Shown here: positions 60,121 through 64,000 of the stretch, piece by piece
How the letters are laid out: each line of letters starts with the position of its first letter
Position numbering within the stretch: the stretch's first letter is position 1
NCBI GenBank assembly: GCA_964291395.2
Contig: OZ219858.1
Location: 1,152,001 to 1,216,000 of the forward strand
Length of the DNA stretch: 64,000 nucleotides
From: Alphaproteobacteria bacterium
GTDB taxonomy: Bacteria > Pseudomonadota > Alphaproteobacteria > UBA2966
Reading direction: 5' to 3'
Translations under genes and position numbers: made by a program
Notes under the pieces: generated by a model
What the model saw: only the letters and a program-made list of their open reading frames with translations
The model's database searches: none
Told to the model about the DNA's origin: nothing

Positions 60121-60151
60121 TACGCGCGCTCCTCGGTGTTCAGGTGGGGCG

Positions 60152-60361
60152 TCAGCCGGCGAGCGCGAGGTTCTCGGCGGACGACTTGCCGTCCCGGCCG
60201 GGCACGACCTCGAAGGACACCTTCTGCCCTTCGTTCAATGTGCCGAGACCGGCCCTCTCCACGGCGCTGATATGGACGAACACGTCCCGAGAGCCATCCT
60301 CGGGCTCGATGAACCCGTAACCCTTGGCCGGGTTGAACCACTTGATAGTACCTGTAGCCAT
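60152..60361 (-). CDS. cspA: Cold-shock protein (CspA family)
   Basis: GTIKWFNPAKGYGFI (RNP1), DVFVHISAV (RNP2); 69 aa. Confidence 0.95.
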   Translation of the reverse strand: MATGTIKWFNPAKGYGFIEPEDGSRDVFVHISAVERAGLGTLNEGQKVSFEVVPGRDGKSSAENLALAG

Positions 60362-60817
60362 GATCGCTTTTCCTCTCACGACAGTTGAGCGAGGCGCCGC
60401 CTCATGCGGCGCCCCTGAAAAACGTTCACAATGTCGGGGAAGAAACCTGGCCGCCCGTTCGCGCGGGCAATCGGTTAAGCAACAACGACTTGGTAACGCG
60501 GGGTGAACCATACACGCACAATCCGTGCGCGCAAGCGCCCTCTTTCCCTTCTACGGACGCATTCGGGCAAGCGACCGGCCCGCCAGGGCCGGTCGCGTAT
60601 CAGGATACGAAGAATGCCAGCGCGATGATTGCTATCAGCACGGCGGATACCGTGACGATGGCTCAGTGGCCAACGCCCATTCTTCTCGGCAGGGTCATGA
60701 TTGTCTCGGAATCTGGCGAGACGGCCGACCGCTGGCTCGATGGGCTGGACAAGAGCACCGCGCGATAGCGGGCGGGGTTTCGCGCCCCAGCTACCCGGCG
60801 GGATCACCCATTGGAGG

Positions 60818-61645
60818 TCAACCACCCTTCTCCTCCATCAGGAATCGCACGATCATCTCGACGTTCTCGGCAGAGTCATAGACGTCGTGCGCGGCCTCCC
60901 CTTCAACCACGACGGATTGCGAGCGAGGGCGGCCGTCCATGAACTCCCCGCAGTGCCCCTGCTGTCCCCGCGTGCGGTCCGCGCCGTACCACGGGTCTCC
61001 GGACTTGACGATGGCGAGCACGGGGATGTGCGGCGGCGCGGCGATGCCTTCGACGATGGCTGCCCCGTGGCACGTCCATTGGGTGATGACGCGGGCGCGG
61101 AACTCGTGACCTCTGTAGAGCGCGGCGGCGACGCCGCCCTCCGACGTGCCGACGAGGAACAGATTATCGCGATCGACCCAGTCCAACGCCGACATCCGGT
61201 CCAGCGCGAAAGCGATCTCGGTTTGCCGGAAGTCGTAGACGAACCTGTTGAAGCCGCCGGTCTGCATTTCCGGATCGCATTGCAGCGGCCGGAACCGACG
61301 CGCCAAGCTGTCCGGAACGACGACCGCGAACCCCGCTTTGGCGAGGCGCTCGAAAAACGCAAAGTTTCCGATTCCCGTACAGCCGTGCATGTACAGCACG
61401 GTGGGGAGGCGGACACCGTGTCCGTAGCGTGCGATCCGCTCGCGCATCTCGCGCTCGTTCATCCCGGTGATCATCGGCCCGGCGGATCCCGCTGGCGGAA
61501 GAGCGACCACTGCCTCGTCCCACGTACTCTCGATATCGGAACGCCCGCCGAACCACGTCACGTTTTCGCAACCGGCCAGCAAGCCCAGCGCCATCGTGGC
61601 GACGAGGGCACGTCCCCTCACGGTCCGTACCGACTTTCTCATCAT
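60818..61645 (-). CDS. Dienelactone-hydrolase-like lipoprotein
   Basis: Lipobox LAGC, HGCTG, GTSEGG, DPW, AHDV; ATGA overlap with the ispE stop. Confidence 0.8.
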   Translation of the reverse strand: MMRKSVRTVRGRALVATMALGLLAGCENVTWFGGRSDIESTWDEAVVALPPAGSAGPMITGMNEREMRERIARYGHGVRLPTVLYMHGCTGIGNFAFFERLAKAGFAVVVPDSLARRFRPLQCDPEMQTGGFNRFVYDFRQTEIAFALDRMSALDWVDRDNLFLVGTSEGGVAAALYRGHEFRARVITQWTCHGAAIVEGIAAPPHIPVLAIVKSGDPWYGADRTRGQQGHCGEFMDGRPRSQSVVVEGEAAHDVYDSAENVEMIVRFLMEEKGG

Positions 61646-62544
61646 GCGGTCCCGGGGCCGAGCATTCGGCCTGCCTTTACCCACCAGGCCGGGTGAGCTT
61701 CCGCCACCTCGGTTTCGGCGGACTTCGCCGCGCGCTCGTCAGCGAACAGGCCGAAACAGGTGGCCCCGCTCCCCGACATTCGCGACAGCAGACATCCGTC
61801 GAGCGCGTGCAGCGTGCCGATGACTTCGGCGATCTGGGGTGCCAACCGGACCGCCGTATCCTCCAGGTCATTTGATCGCCGCGAAAGAACTTCGGTCATG
61901 GCAGCGGCGTCGGCAGGTGACTCTTGAAACCGCGCTTCGGCGGACCACGCGGGATCGTGGCGCCGGAATACCTCCGCCGTCGCCAGGGGGACGCCGGGAT
62001 TGACGAGCAGGAGCCAGGCATCGGGCAACGCCGGAGCCGGACTGACGATCTCTCCCACCCCCCCGACGTAGACCGGTGATCGGCCCAGGCACGCGGGGAC
62101 GTCGGCCCCCAATCTCCTGGCAATGGCCTGAAGTTCGCTTTCGGAAACATCCAGATCCCACAGCTTGCAGAGCGCTCGAAGCGTGGCGGCCCCGTCCGAA
62201 GAACCACCGCCGAGGCCCGCGGCGACGGGCAGGTTCTTGTGCAGTGTGAGCGACACGCCCTCGTTCTCGCCCGACGATTCCGCCAGCGCGCGGGCCGCCA
62301 GGATGACGATGTTCGCGCCCCGGTCGACGGCCTCCAGCTGCCGGGCGAAGGGCCCGACCAGCTTCAACCCCAGGCGGTTGGCCCGCGACACCTCGATCTC
62401 GTCGAAGACGTCGGCAAACACGATCAGGCTGTCGATGTCGTGATATCCGTCCGGGCGACGGTTCAGCACGTGCAGGTAGAGGTTGACCTTGGCGGGAGCC
62501 CGGCAGTGGATGGAGCCGCCGTCTCCACGCCCGTCAATCGCCAT
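61642..62544 (-). CDS. ispE: 4-diphosphocytidyl-2-C-methyl-D-erythritol kinase
   Basis: APAKVNLYLHV, KNLPVAAGLGGGSSD, GADVP, MSGSGATCF. Confidence 0.97.
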   Translation of the reverse strand: MAIDGRGDGGSIHCRAPAKVNLYLHVLNRRPDGYHDIDSLIVFADVFDEIEVSRANRLGLKLVGPFARQLEAVDRGANIVILAARALAESSGENEGVSLTLHKNLPVAAGLGGGSSDGAATLRALCKLWDLDVSESELQAIARRLGADVPACLGRSPVYVGGVGEIVSPAPALPDAWLLLVNPGVPLATAEVFRRHDPAWSAEARFQESPADAAAMTEVLSRRSNDLEDTAVRLAPQIAEVIGTLHALDGCLLSRMSGSGATCFGLFADERAAKSAETEVAEAHPAWWVKAGRMLGPGTA

Positions 62545-64000
62545 CGCCCCCGGCCGGGATGTCCGGAGCGCTCAATTTCGAGATCGGCGGCAGACCCTTA
62601 TCCAATTTTTCCCGTATCTTCGGAACGGCCTCGGTCTCCGGTTTCAGGGCCAGCGCACGCCGCCATTGGAACGTCGCTTCGCGTTTCCGGCCAACGCGCC
62701 ACAACGCATCGCCCAGATGGTCGTTGATGAGGGGGTCTTCTGGACGCAGGCTGACGGCGCGTTCCAACTGATCGACGGCGTCGTCGAATTCTCCGAGCCG
62801 GTAGAACGCCCACCCCAGGCTGTCGACGATGTACCCATCCGTCGGCCGGAGCTCGACTGCCTTTTCGACCATCTCGCGGGCGCGTTCGAGGTGTTCTCCC
62901 CGTTCGATCCAGGAATAACCCAGGTAGTTCAGCACCAGCGGCTGCTCCGGCTTGAGATCGAGCGCCCGGAGAAAATCCAGTTCGGCCTTGCGCCACTCGT
63001 TCGATCGCTCATGGGCGATCGCCCGCGAATACAACAGGGTCCAGTGCCGCTCTCGCAGTTCACCGACCCGCTGGATGGCGCGGCCGTACTCGTCCGCGGA
63101 GGCTTTGTACTTCTCGCGCAGGCGGAAGATGTCGCCGAGCTCGACCAACGGATCGATACGGTCCGGGCGCTCCTTATCGAGTTGACGAAGCAGCTTCACG
63201 GCCGCGGACAGTTTGTCCATTTCGTTCAGATTGGACGCCATGCGCAATCGTGCGTTCCAGCCACGGGGGGATCCGGCGTCGATGCGCTCGTAGAGCTCGT
63301 TGGCCGACTCATAGCGTTCATCGCCTTCCATGATACTGCCGATCAGAGTCAGTGCGACCGGCATATCGGGATTCAACGCCAGGGCCAGCCGGCCATAGAT
63401 CAGCGCCAACTCCCGGGCGTTCTCCTGCAACAGGCCGCCGGCAATCCCGTAGAAGGCTTCCGCAGCTCCTTCCCTGGCACCGGCGATCAGCGGAGGGACC
63501 GGCTGTTTGCTCTTCGCACGCTCCAAGGCGGTGGGGATCAGAAGGTTCCGTGGTTCCCGCGTCAGATAGTCGCGATACAGTTTGATCGCGTCCTGCTGCC
63601 GTCCCGCGCGCTCGAGAAACGTACCGAACGCCTCCACCAAGCGAAGCGATCCACCCTCCTGGGCCTCGATCGTCTCGCGGTAGGCGGCCTCCGCCGCCTC
63701 CGTCCGGCCCAGGAATTCGTTTATGAGGGCATCGTGATAGGTTCGGAACAGCGCGTATCCCTTCTTCTTCTCGAGGAACGCCAGCGTCTTGAAGGACTCA
63801 TCTCCGCGGCCGTCACCCGCCAGCGACCAAGCCTCGACGAGCGGCACGATCAGCGCGTTCATACGCGAGCGAGACGCCTTCCGCAGGATGTCGACCGCCC
63901 GACCGAACTCGCCCTTGGCGATGTGCTCGACGGCGATAACTTGACTCGCCAGGCTGGAACTCCGGTTGATCTTGTCGATCTTGTGGGCCAGCGTCGTCGC
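62534..64000 (-). CDS. Tetratricopeptide repeat protein (partial, 5' end outside the window)
   Basis: Tandem TPRs, LNYLGYSW, DSLGW, DHLGDALW; typical neighbour of ispE. Confidence 0.9.
   Translation of the reverse strand, partial: ATTLAHKIDKINRSSSLASQVIAVEHIAKGEFGRAVDILRKASRSRMNALIVPLVEAWSLAGDGRGDESFKTLAFLEKKKGYALFRTYHDALINEFLGRTEAAEAAYRETIEAQEGGSLRLVEAFGTFLERAGRQQDAIKLYRDYLTREPRNLLIPTALERAKSKQPVPPLIAGAREGAAEAFYGIAGGLLQENARELALIYGRLALALNPDMPVALTLIGSIMEGDERYESANELYERIDAGSPRGWNARLRMASNLNEMDKLSAAVKLLRQLDKERPDRIDPLVELGDIFRLREKYKASADEYGRAIQRVGELRERHWTLLYSRAIAHERSNEWRKAELDFLRALDLKPEQPLVLNYLGYSWIERGEHLERAREMVEKAVELRPTDGYIVDSLGWAFYRLGEFDDAVDQLERAVSLRPEDPLINDHLGDALWRVGRKREATFQWRRALALKPETEAVPKIREKLDKGLPPISKLSAPDIPAGGDGD

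Noticed and set aside
60600-60698. Tiny minus-strand hydrophobic ORF with an in-frame TGA (selenocysteine or readthrough?)
   Set aside because: No redox motif or evident SECIS; too short to support.

Overview
High-GC bacterial window; gene content and order look alphaproteobacterial (inference). In order: a partial Rieske-domain gene; a 91-bp IS21-like mini element; a histidine-utilisation cluster (hutC, hutF, hutI, hutU) whose only ammonia-lyase homologue lacks the MIO-forming Ala-Ser-Gly; an adjacent Zur-boxed zinc module (folE divergent from zur, small ORF, aztABC-like, COG0523, WD40, DUF1289); a luciferase-like monooxygenase/hydrolase operon; mmsA and ald; a Rieske oxygenase; a haloalkane dehalogenase; a large beta-oxidation cluster; dimethylglycine dehydrogenase-like and GcvT/DmdA-like genes separated by a 20-bp tandem array; ccdA; a Liv-type ABC transporter; a decayed region (K+ channel pseudogene, HicB, IS, resolvase and deaminase remnants) holding a tRNA-like/Y-RNA-like element; a csp-STAS cluster; ispE and a TPR gene. 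The strongest leads are the MIO-less lyase next to a canonical-looking urocanase (candidate trimethylhistidine-type catabolism), the tRNA mimic with a 42-nt anticodon-loop insert, and the 20-bp array. All calls come from motif reading only; no database searches were run.
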